Part shown: one piece after another, positions 28,401 through 40,650 of the stretch
Position numbering within the stretch: position 1 is the stretch's first letter
How the letters are laid out: each line of letters opens with the position of its first letter
NCBI GenBank assembly: GCA_050084985.1
Contig: JBITNC010000001.1
Coordinates: 72,664,001-72,728,000 of the forward strand
Length of the DNA: 64,000 bases
Direction of reading: 5' to 3'
Origin: Nageia nagi
Lineage: Eukaryota; Plantae; Pinophyta
Made by a program: the position numbers and the translations under genes
The notes under the pieces: generated by a model
Told to the model about the DNA's origin: nothing
The model's input: only the letters and a program-made list of their open reading frames with translations
The model's database searches: none

Positions 28401-30879
28401 GTTATAAAGGGTGGACACTTTAATCACCGATATGATCTACTAAATTAAAAAGGATGGCCAATCTCGATATCAAGGCCATTGGATAACAAAGTGCAAACCC
28501 ACCAATACTTTATGCATTTGATTAGAGGTCTAAGAGAAATGAGGTTCAATAATTCTAAAGGAGGAACAATCCCTTGATCTTATTAATGAACCCATGGATC
28601 ATTCGAATTCTTCATCAAAAGGAGATTTACTTATCTATTATAATATTATGACTAAAGGAGTGATATCACAACCAATTGCAAAATTATCATAACATTTTTA
28701 ATGATATAGTAGTTTGTTATTTCCAACAATCTCAAGACCAACATCATCTTATTATCATCCAGTTAACTTATGATATCATAACACAAGTCATATTAAACAC
28801 AATAACCCCCTTTGAAAATACCGTGACCTATTGTAATGATATTATAACTATAACTTAAAAAATGCTAATTCGATCAAAAATAAGATATCTGAAGGGATGT
28901 GAAAATACTTCTAAAAATTAAAATACCAATCAATTTGAAAATACATCAAAGAATTATCTTAAATATGATATTACGTTGTTAATTATTTACCCTAGAGTAA
29001 GGGTAAGAACTCTTGTGATATAAGCAATATTAAATTAATAAATACATTATATTATTTATTCAATAGAAAAAATAAAGATAATAGCATATGATATTATTAA
29101 CGCTAAGAGGTGTTCCTATAGCTGCAGTGGAGTGGAGTGGTGAACCAAAATGTTGCATGTGAGTCTGTCCGTTAAACCTCTACTTCAATATTTAAAAAAA
29201 ATAATTAACTTTATTATTTAAAAAATAATAATCAACTTCAAATATAAATATAAGTATATGTATATATTTAAAATTAATATAGAAATGATATCTCTCCGAA
29301 CTTTTTTGATATATAAAGAAATATATCAAAACTAATATATACACACATGTAAACAAAATAAAATATCCTTCTTCAAACATACGGTTTTACTCATATACTA
29401 ATTCAATTGATAATCCAATATACAAAGCTTACACATTTCTAAAGCAAGCTTATGTGTATCTTACATTGGTGTAGATCAATAGATCTCTTACATACTCAAG
29501 TTGCGAATATTTATTTACATTCTTTTTAACTTTCATTCATTTTTTTTGAAACCAATTTATTATATATTTGAAGTCAACAATAAACAATTTATTATATATT
29601 TGAAATCAACAACATCATGCGGTGTGCACTTGCATGTTCTTCAGAATTCTACAGAGAGTAAAAAACACCCTTAATTTTGGTAAGAATTCTTTCAGAGAAC
29701 GCTCACGTGCATTGTATTCTGTCAAGCATCCCGTGACATCAAAAATAAACAAATAATCACATATTCGAAGGAATCATTACAGACATGGAATGCTCTTCAT
29801 CTTCTGGAAAAGAGGCACCGGTGGACCACATTGATACTGGCAAAATCACAAGAGCATGTTGGCTATTGACATTGACAAGAAAAAAAACATATAAAACATA
29901 AAAGAAGACACAAAATGGTTCATGCAATATGTTTCTGCATGGATTCTTCTATTCTTGAAATGAAACAGTGCAAGAATGTGAAAGCTTTTGCAACATTAGT
30001 ACGGTTGATTGAATCTCATCCCATGGTTAATACGATCATGCCCATAACATATTTAGTTAAGTTGTGCTTAGTTTCAATGCTACATGACTGGTTAATACGA
30101 TCATGCCCATAACTGAATGCACATGTAGGGATGTCAAGTAAACTAAAAATTCTTTAATGCTCTTACAGAATATAGATAGTCATGGTGGCAGTGGAAGGTT
30201 ATATAACATTGACTTGGTGCCCATGACTGTGAGCATTAACGACTAGGGAAAATTATTAAGATTGTGGGTTTTCGGTCTAAGGCAATATCAAATTCATCTC
30301 CCCTAGTTACTCCACCTAATTATCTTTAAGGTTCTGGACTTGGCTTCTGTGAAAAGCTGACAGTAGAAATAATTTAGGAGAGCTCGTGACTTGAATGAAA
30401 TCATAGGTGATGACGATATTGATAACAAATTTGTATTGCAGTCTCAGGTGCAGTGAATGTAGCCGTATGGAGTGATCAATGTCGGCTCATCTTTTGCGAG
30501 GATAAGTCCAATTCCTCCTACTTTTAAAATGGTATATTCGAAGTGAAGGGAACACAATCCTGTGAAATATTAAAAATATCAACCACAAGAATAAAGACGA
30601 TCAGATTGATAAAATCCTTATGAGAAGATGATTTATCAGGATAGACTTGAAAAAATAAAAACTAGAGGACTCATGATGTTGATTGTATTTGACTTTGATT
30701 TGAACAGCGTAGGGGTGGAAGGTGATACTTGCCATTAGCTTCAAGCAAATTTTTATGAGTTCGTGAGTTTTTTTATGTCATTTTAAGATAATATAATGTT
30801 ATTGTGTACATAGAACTTATATGTAGGGAAGTTTTTTTTAGGTTAAATTGTTATCATCTATTTTGTTGGTATTTATGGT

Positions 30880-30960
30880 TATTTTGTTAGAGGGATGAGA
30901 TTTGAACTTGATCTCTATATTTTATTAGGGAATTTTAGTTACTTTCTATCTATTAGCTCT
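30880..30960 (-). mobile_element. SINE head remnant
   Basis: Minus-strand B-box GTTCAAATC in a context similar to 61300-61420. Confidence 0.35.
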
Positions 30961-30999
30961 TTTATTTTTTATTTATTTTTTAATGTAAATGTCTATATT

Positions 31000-32300
31000 T
31001 TATTAAAAATAGAAGATCATTTCAGATAAAAAATGTAGGGTGGTGAAGGCACACCTTCATATGGAATCACACTAACCTTGAGGGTTACGAAAAATAAAAA
31101 CATAATCATACATCAAGTTTTTTTAATGTACATCATAAATTTGATAATTTGTCTATTGCCACTTGATCTAATGAACCACCCTGTCTACTTGACTACTTGA
31201 CTGGATAATTCGACCATCTTTAATGGAAACACAACACATTATTTTTTAGTGATATTTTTGTCAAAGTGCATATGGAAATACGATTTTAGAATCTAGATGT
31301 TTCTATTGTTTTGAAGGGATTCATTAAATACAATATTATCATAAGATCATATTCAAACCCACTTTGCAAACCTCTATTGTTGGTGCCAACATTACATGGC
31401 TTCATTGTTAATTATTTAATATCCTATATACAATGGTTTCTCTACAACAAATTATATTTCAATCTGGATGTGGTTTCTTTCTTTCAATTTTTTATAGCTT
31501 TCACAATACATGTACTTATCAAAAGCTAAATAATATTTCGTTGCCTAGATGAGGTTTTTTAATTGCTTGTGAGAGGAAAGAGCTTTAAAAATCTATTTGT
31601 TGGGTATGAATTTGGAAACTTTATAGTTGATAAGATGGCTTATTCAATTCTCTATACAGTGTCTTTGGTATTTTTGGATGTTTTTGTGGATTCTTCAATT
31701 GTGTAAACCTTGGAGGAAATACATTCAACTCATTCCATCCACCATTTCCCTTCCTTGGAATCCTATCAAATCAAAATATATCCTCTTTATTTTAATCATT
31801 TTTTAAAGTATAAACAAGTATGTATATAATAACAAATGAGATTTCTACTAGTTTTGATGATTATCTTCCAAATGAGAATGTTTATATCATATTGGGATCC
31901 ATTGTAGTTCAAAATAGGAAATATGGTAGCACCCATTGCAATATCATTGCGTATTTGAATAAATCATCCATATAAAAGTAAATTGAATTGTCCAATAGCT
32001 TAGGAAGTGTCACCATGTATGTGATTAAGTCTAGATTTTGCATCATAATATTGCCAAGTTGATTATTTTGATTTGCATTTTCTAGCTATGTTATCTTCAA
32101 GTAACTACTATAGGAGCTTACAGTTTAATATATGAAGAGCCTTGTGTTGTTGTTGCCATATAGGTCCAAACTCACCTTTAGTGTTGTGAGGATCATTATC
32201 TTTTTATTCTTCAAACTCTACTATGTATCAATCTATTTATGATTCTAGCATCTAAATACATTTGAGCATGCCTAACTTTAATCCAACTAATAGTAGAGGC
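31000..32300 (-). mobile_element. Possible very decayed LINE ORF2 C-terminal fragment
   Basis: KERNH motif on the minus strand at ~31470 and a T-rich tail near 31000; weak. Confidence 0.3.
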
Positions 32301-34358
32301 CTTCTTCAAGCATGCGCATGTTTCCCTCTTGACAACTATTATGGTCACATTTGACACAAACATATTTAGTCTCACTCAACAATTGGAAGGTGGCATCCCC
32401 TCTCCTTGATGAATTATTTGCTTAACTTGATGAACCTTCGATTCAATTGTTGACTAAAGATGATGAACCACCTAATTGCTAAATGGACATGATGAAGTAC
32501 TTTACGAATTAGGTAGACCTGACGATCTCTATAGTTGAACTAGATGATTAGTTTAGTTCAATATATATTAATTTTTTATTTTTTCATATCAATTACTCCT
32601 ATGATAAATTTATTATTTTATTGCCTTCCTTTATATAAGGGTCTCCCACAAATTCACACAAATGCTAAATCAATTTTTCATGAAGTCATCATGAAATTAT
32701 ATAATCATTCAAGGGAAGGCAACTTAGGATATACTAGTTGTCATTATAATTTTAAGAGTCTAAAGAGCATTCTACATCTTATTACAATGTGGCACCATCT
32801 TACTACAATATACCATAGCTAAGGTTGATGTCATTATAATAACTAAGTTCATTTTGATAGCTAATTTTAGCTTTAAAATATTATAAATATAATTAAAATA
32901 TAATAATACATAATTACTATTTCATCTACAAATGAAAATTAATAAGTAGTGATATAATAATGATAAATAATTTAACTATAATACACAAGAGATCTAACAA
33001 GATTCAAATATATAATGATGAGAGAGAACAATCCTAGATCTAGCATACACACATATGATATTCAATAAATAATATATATGTACCTCATTTTGAAGTTTCT
33101 AATCCTAAATAATATCTTAAACCCTCATATGGATCAAACCTATAAAACTAAGGCTTAGGAGAGATTCATATATTTCCTTGTATATTTTAAAGGGTTAAGA
33201 CCATCCTTGATGATGATTAAGCTCCCCCCATATGTTAGATTCAAATATTAATTATCAAAGTGAAAGAAGAATAAAAAAATATGCAGTTCCTACATCAAGA
33301 AAATGATGCTAATGAATCTAAGAAGGGTATTATAATATCTAGCCATAAAAATTGATCAAGAGTATAGAAACTCTAAAATCAAGATTGGTATTAATCTTGC
33401 ACAACATAACAAGATTGATATTGATCCTATTTTTGAAGGATCTTAATATCTAAAAATTTGCAAAGGCTATTAGATGGTATCAAGATATCAAATCATCAAC
33501 TTGGTTGCTTTAGTAGGATTGATAATAGTCAATAAGGGCATGAAATTGCATCTAATTCCTTATGAAAATTTAGCATTGAAGTCATTACTGATTTTACTTT
33601 ATGTCTATAATCTTGGAGAGCTTGATAATATCAATTATTAAGAGATATTACTAATTAAATAGTTATTCATTAAGAAGGAAAATGCTTTAAAATGAATTGA
33701 TAATTATATTTTATAACATGTCATTTTAATTCCTCTTAAATATACCTCTTGAAATTTGAATTCACATTATTTGCATTTTCTTTTCAAATGATTATTCTTT
33801 TCTAGATACTTAATTATATATTTAAACAAAAATAAAAATCAAATTTAGGTATTTACATTTTACACCCTTTTAATATATTGTGGATGTACCTTAGAGCATA
33901 TTTCTAAGGTGATTAAAAAGAAAGACATTATATATACTAAGATACTTCCTGGATGATAATATATATTTGATGATCATTAGCTTTGTGCATGTTATTTTCA
34001 ATTACTCCTTTATATTAGAATTTTTCTTATGAATAACTTGGTTGGTTAGGAGATTTAAAGAATAAGAAAATATAAAGGGTCATGCAAGGGAGGGAGGATT
34101 AGCATTTATCATAAGTAACACAAGGAGGTATCAATAATCCTTGATATTGATGAAGATCACCCTTTATTGGTGTAAAAAACATACATAATAAATATTGATA
34201 TAATATTTAAACAAGATAAATGAAGCATGTTATGGCAAAATAAATAATTATGAGAGAATGATCTAATCCCATTTAACTGGGGGTTCAAGCAAAATATTGA
34301 TCATATCAAGCAACACCCTCATAAGAAATTCTAATAGAAATATCTTCCTATTGGATGG

Positions 34359-34832
34359 TTGGTCATCAATTTTGATGGCTCCTCTAAAGGTACTATAGGT
34401 CCAACTAGGGCAATAGGATTGATGAGAGACCATATAGGAAGAATCAAACTTATAATGGCAAAACCATTGGGCCACCAAACTAGCTACTTTTCGAAGGCAA
34501 GGGTAGAATTCATTAGTCTATCTATGATACACATATTTAATTGCACCATACTAGTAATTATGAGAGACTCATTGAATCTTATTAACCTTTTTAAGGGTCA
34601 TTCCTTACTAGGGTGGGATATCAATAATATGATGGAGGAGTCCAGAGATATCATCAATGAGGTGGAGAATATCAATACTCACCATAATTATAGGGAGGTC
34701 AATAAGATGGTAGATCAAATAGCTAACAAAGCAACAAACATGGAGGAACTGACGATTTGGGAGACTAATTTCTCTAATCAATTCAATATTTTGGTTAGAG
34801 AGGATAAGGATGAAGTGAAAAGGAAGGACTAA
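34359..34832 (+). pseudogene. LINE ORF2 C-terminal RNase H domain (RVT_3-like)
   Basis: INFDGSSKG...MRDHIG...RDSLNLIN...HNYREVNKMVDQIAN. Confidence 0.85.
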
Positions 34833-35534
34833 ATATGGCTCCTCTTTTCAATTTGGAAGATAATGTTATTTTTTGAACATAATGGAAGGAGATTTTCATA
34901 TATTAGGAAGGATTTGGATTAGATGAGGAGGCTGAGGTGGAAATGGAAAAAGCATAAGTAGATGTTTGATCAATAGTGGCAAGGGAGTAGCCATGGTGGA
35001 TAAAAAGGGGGCCTATCTTTGGAAAGGGTCTATTTATATCTCTTTCATATAGGAATGAAGAAAGGCTTGCAGATTGCAAGGAGAGTATGTTAGAGTGCAC
35101 CAATTGGCAGTTTACATAAGATAATAGGTGGTGAACTCTCCTAAGATCATGATGGCTTTCAAATTTTTTACATAATAGTAGGGAGGAAATTTTCATCATC
35201 ATACGTGGAGGAAGATGAAGCAAGTGACCACTTTTTTCAATATGACATTGGAAATGAATTTTACTTACATCATTGCTCACAAAACATAATTGTATGTAGT
35301 CAAGGTGATGCATAGGAGGGATGCGATGCAAAAGGGGAAACGTGATATTAATACAACTAGGGGGTGGTTTCCTTTCACATAATGTGGATCAAAATTCATG
35401 ATTCACCACTACGACGAATAGTCCATGTTGCCACAAACTAAATGTGATTTACAAGCTTAAGGTGGCCTGAGCCAATTTTATTTTAAGATGGCTTATTTTT
35501 TTATAGGCATCAATTACAATAGAGTTTCCAGAGT

Positions 35535-37480
35535 ATGTCCCCTAAGCGTAAAGTTTATGTGGATAGGTTGAATTTTCATCTTGAGTTGAGGAGGTTGAAT
35601 TTCTCCTTGATCATTCGAACCATTCTAGAATTGGGAGGGCTATTACACTTTTTCGAGAAGTTTGATGGTTATAATAAGGATATATCAAGGTAGTTCTTAG
35701 AAAGTTAGAAGGGCAAGGTAGTTAAGATGTTTGGCACATGGGGGGATCACTTAATAGAAAGCCTTCAAAACACATGCATTCATAGGATTCTTTAAAAATT
35801 CCCTATTTTTAAAATTTACCACATTCTCTTTTAATTTATTAAACCCCTCATGGTAGACCCCTATATAATAAATAATAACCTTTTTAAAATTTACCATTTA
35901 TGAAGAAAAATTAAAGAAATTTTAATACTCCTTAGTATTTTTAACTCTTGATATCATCACCTAGAATTATAGTGATCCAAGACCTTGTCGATTGAAACCA
36001 TTATCTTTTGTTATTTAAAATTGCATGGAATGATGACTAAGAGAATACTCTCTCAATGATGAAATTAAAGTATAACAAAGGCCCTTGGTGATAAAGTCTA
36101 AGAGACTTATTTGTGGCTCTATTTGTGAGAATAAATTATTGATGATGAAATCCAAGTAACTTCTTCTATGTATGCAAGTGTAAAAAAGTAAAGATTCTTT
36201 TTAAAATAATTTATGCAATGGTTATTTCCATTTAGCACTTCCATAACAATTTTTTATCACATAAGATCACTAAGCGATGCAAATGGAAAGTATATTATGA
36301 TCTTGTGGTGGGTTTTTAGTTCTCAAAGTTATACACTCATAAATAATAGTAAATAAAATAGTTTAATTGTAGAAAATTGATAAAATATTTTGTATAAATT
36401 TTAAACACCCCTACCCTACTTAATAAAATACTTACCAATATACCAATAGTTTGACTTGATATTAAAAATACCCCTTGGTATGCACTCACATGGTATTTAC
36501 CATTTCCTAATAGTGACCCCTTCCCCCGTGGTTTGGCATTGATTTTTAGGTGAACCAAAAGTTGTTACCATAGGTTACAAGGTTGGTGGTGCTGGAAGAA
36601 ATGATGAGGTATGATAATCATAGCCTTAAAATGAAGCTTGCTAAGTTTTACAGAGGAGGACCAAAATTAGAACTAGCAAAGCATGGAGGGGTGGTAAGAA
36701 TTTCATTTCCTAAGCCATGGCTAGAATTCATCTTGTTTATTATGTAGTTCACCACTCTCAAACCATAAATATTTGGGTATAAAGCTCTCATATCTATTTT
36801 GTGAATCATCTGAAAGGAAAAAAGATTAATATCCTAGCCTTTCTTTATGCATAATTGGATAAATTTATTGAGAATTTTTAGAAGAGCCATGGTAATGACA
36901 TATATTACTAAGGCTTAATTATCATGGTGTTTAAGTTTATTATGGGTAAAATGGAGATCTCTAAGAGATTTGATTAGACTATTAGCAAGGAAAATCAAAT
37001 CCAAGCAACTCTAGAAGATAAGCATCATGCTACTTTGGAGAAAAAGTAAAGGATTAAATTTGAAGATGAGGATTGGTAGCCTGTGAGAGTTAAAGGCAAT
37101 GAGAGGTGCTACTTACCTTGTAAGGACAAAAAAGGTGCAATCTAGTTAAATCAATTAGATTTAGATGCAACCCCAAAAGTGATAGAGGAGGTGGAGAAGG
37201 TTATGGAGAAATTTATGGTAGTTGGAGGTCCCTTGGTAGAGAAGGAGGGGTTTTTCAAGGAGCCAAAGGAGCTAGAATAAGATGGGAAGCATGGCCAAGA
37301 TGACAAGAATTCATTGGAGGCTTTGGAGCATAAGAAGGGTTTCATGAAAAAGGGGAAGCAAGTACCAACAATTCTCAAGGAAGACCACCCCCAAACCACT
37401 TGTAGTAATAGTATCCTTGAATTGGTTCGATCAATAATGCATATTTTGGAATCCTTTGATAAGATTCTATGAGAACATGA
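35535..37480 (+). pseudogene. LINE-B ORF3 remnant, interrupted by MITE copy 2
   Basis: MSPKRK...FFEKFDGYNKDISR*FLES*KGKVVKMFG|IDF*VNQKLL...FPKPWLEFILFIM*FTTL; frame is continuous across the MITE TSD. After a frameshift: HIYFVNHL...INILAFL...Y*GLII, then a charged tail. Confidence 0.75.
35737..36530 (+). mobile_element. hAT-type MITE copy 2 (794 bp)
   Basis: CATGGGGGG...CCCCCGTG termini; exact 8-bp TSD gtttggca (35729-35736 and 36531-36538). Confidence 0.92.
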
Positions 37481-37860
37481 GGCCAAGGATCTTAAGAGTG
37501 GGTAATTATTATATGTTTTCTATCTTCACTATATTTTTTTTTAGGTTTAGTGCCTTTGGTGAACTTCTATTATTTCGTAAGCTAGTATAAGGTGTTAATT
37601 AGCAGCTTTACATTACCCATAGGCTAGTGGAGGATTTAGCTATAGAATACAGATTTGGTAGTTATGTTGTTAGTTATTTTGATGTATTTTGGATGGTCCT
37701 AGGTCTAATCTCTTTCATAAGCTTAAATGATTATTTTCTATGAAAATGTAATGGGTTAGGATTCCCTTAAAAATATATCCTCCAATATAAGAAAAAAAAA
37801 TATTAATGAGAATGATAAGCATTGATAAAAATAATTTTGGTTATCAACCTAGAGGATTTA

Positions 37861-38050
37861 TGATATAAAAATTATATCATAATGAAGTTACAATGGAAGA
37901 TCTTCCACAACACCAAAGACCAAAATGAGAATGATATTAGTATGGGGTTACCATGAAGGATTTTCTAATTATTCAAATTCCAAAATAAAAAGGATAATAT
38001 CATGGGATTACCATGAAATTTCTTCTACTACCCTCAATACGAAATAGGGA
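37861..38050 (+). repeat. Decayed tandem repeat, 60-bp period, about 3 copies
   Basis: aatgaagttacaatg (37881), tatggggttaccatg (37941), catgggattaccatg (38001). Confidence 0.65.
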
Positions 38051-39479
38051 TATCTATATTTGAAGATTTTGTTATGTTTTTTTTATTATTATTAATTTTT
38101 GAACATTAGTATCCTAGTTAAGAATATGAAAATGACAATAAATTAATAATTGAACATTCTAAAATTATGAGCATGATATAAAATCTTTTCAAAGAAAAAA
38201 TTGAAAGAGATATAGTACACATGTATTTTCTTATCTTTTTTTAGATTTTGGACAAAATATTTGTTTGTGATAGAGGACATGAATAGAGGTATTTTGAGTT
38301 GAATTTTTTAATGTCATTTTTGACATTTCATCTATTTAGAATTATTCAAGAGGGAGATAAAAGAGTATCAAAATAATTGTTGATGACTTTTTTATGACAA
38401 AGGGGTAAATCCCTTTAATTGAGTAAAAATAACTTGAAATTTTGTTTCTTCTTAAATAATAAGATTTTTTGAAGTATGATGATTTAATTTTTGGATTATC
38501 AAGATTTATTATTTATTACTAATGGATGTTTTAATTTTTGTTATTACTCAAGTAATTTTGATGATTGGAAACATTACTTTTATGCCTTAAAACTAACTAA
38601 ACTTAGTGGTAATCAAACTAGAAGACATTCTAAAGCTCTGTAAGATTCCTTAAAATTGAGACAATTTAAAAATTTTGAGAAAATAATATCTATATTAGTA
38701 TTCTATAGGATAATGAGACTAATATAGATCATTTTTGTATCCCAATTGACTTAAACTTTGAGATATGACATTTTCTAGATATTTCAATGTTAAAATTGTT
38801 AATGCATATTTATTTTAGAGATATGAAACAATTTATAATTAATGGTGAATAATAATAATCTTGTAAATACTTAACATATCAAGTGGTAAATAATATTTAT
38901 GGATTATTTTATTTCATTTGATTTGTTCACATAACTTTAGGATAAAAATGATGAGATTCATAGTGAAAAATATGTAAAATCAATAAAATATCATATAGAA
39001 AATCATCCTAAGACTTATATAATATCATGGATTTATTTTAGCTAAATATTATTATATTTTTAGGTTATGTATGGGGTGGAATCTAATTTTTGAGCCTCAA
39101 ATGCCTAAGAAGTGGTTATAATCTGTGGTTTTTATGCAACCTAAATCAATAACTATTTATTCAAGATGTGTATTTAGATTTTTATTTGAGCTATTTTTCA
39201 AGATGCACATAATGGTGAAATTTATTTCAATAAATTATAATATTTCAATACCAATAATAATGTTGTCAAATCAATATTGGTGTAGTTTTTAGTCTATTAT
39301 ATCCTAAAATAACTTTTGTAAGCCTATTTGTGCATCTTGATAATGACACCACCTTCTCTCTAATTTTTGTTTTAATTAAAGATATTTATTGATGATAAAA
39401 TATATTATAGTTTTTTCATATTATCATGAAGTTTTATATCTATGGATATTGTATTTGTAACACTTGTAAGCCCAAGTAA

Positions 39480-40650
39480 TTGAAAGTTGGGATTATACAC
39501 TTTCCTATCATTTCCTAGCTCACCTTGGGAAAGTACTTTGATGGACTTCGTAGGTGGATTTCCAATTACTTGAAAATGGAATGACTACTTATATGTGATA
39601 TTTTATATATTTATAAATATGATTATTATATTTCCATGCAAGAAAACTATCACAACTAAAGAAGTATTTGGTTTATTCTTTCAAAATGTGTTTTTGAATT
39701 TCATTTACCTAAAAGTATCATCAATGATCATGGTCCTCAATTCCTTATCAAGTTTTTCACTTAAATTTTGGAAATGTTCGATACAAAATTGAAAATATCC
39801 ATAGTATTTTCTCTTCAAATGTATGGTCAAACAAAATTTTTCAATAAGACCATTATTCACTTATTGGAGGGTTTTAGTCAACAAATACCAAAGACTTGGG
39901 ATGGAAAGTTACTTGGTGTGTTAAAATATTTTATATAACAATATAATTAATTCATATAATCACTTATTACCATTTGATGTTTTTCTTTTGGTTTATTACC
40001 ATATTTTTCTTTTGATGACCATTTTGTATATGGTTCAAATGAAACATGGAGTAACAAGCCAAAAGGTAGCAAGGATTTAAAGTTAATTTAGAAAATTTAT
40101 CTTATTAATGAGAAATCAAGGACAAGATTAGAAGCCTCAACAATAATATAAGGAACATAATGATAAATGCATAATTGTATATAAATTTTAGATGGAATAC
40201 ATGGTGTGATTTTATTTGAGTAAGGAGAGACTTCAAGGAGTTTGTAAGAAGTTAAAGCTCATATGTTATAGATCGTTTCAAATTTTTTATAAGTATGGGG
40301 GAAATGAATTTATACTCAATTTACCTAATTACATGAAAATATATTTTAATCATATTCATTTGGATAATTTAAAACTATTTGATCCTTCACTATTGGCTAA
40401 TAAAGAAGATACTCTAGTTTCCATATTAGGATGACTTGGCTTCATCAACCTTTGAGGAGGCTATAGAGGATATGGTACTTGATAAGAAAATTAATCCTTA
40501 AAGAATGGATAATCAATATTTTTGATTTATTTTTTAAAAATGTAATATTTTTAACAAAATAAGATGTTTATCTAGTGATTGAGTGAGGATTTTATCCTCA
40601 CTTGATGAATTGAAGCTTTTGATGGATAAAAAGATCCCCAATGAAGGAGG
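39480..40650 (+). mobile_element. Ty3/Gypsy integrase fragment ending in a PPT-like tract (LTR-like sequence follows)
   Basis: GLYT...PWESTLMDFVGGFP ~39490-39565; IFPCKKTIT; purine tract gaaggagg ~40643-40650. Confidence 0.7.

Larger units (their letters stand above)
34263..37800 (+). mobile_element. LINE-B: 5'-truncated L1-type LINE 3' portion (RNase H end of ORF2, spacer, ORF3, poly-A)
   Basis: RNase H ORF; poly-A at 37792-37800; gagaatgat present at both junctions (~34254-34262 and ~37808-37816) as a possible partial TSD. Confidence 0.7.

Noticed and set aside
29119-29180. tRNA-like A-box GTGGAGTGGT
   Set aside because: No B-box or cloverleaf.
34903-35331. 142-aa minus-strand ORF
   Set aside because: Antisense to the purine-rich LINE-B spacer; no recognisable motif.
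35718-35736. Similar gtagttaa(a)gatgtt sequence at the insertion sites of MITE copies 2 and 3
   Set aside because: The TSDs differ and are offset; two sites in AT-rich DNA cannot establish a target preference.
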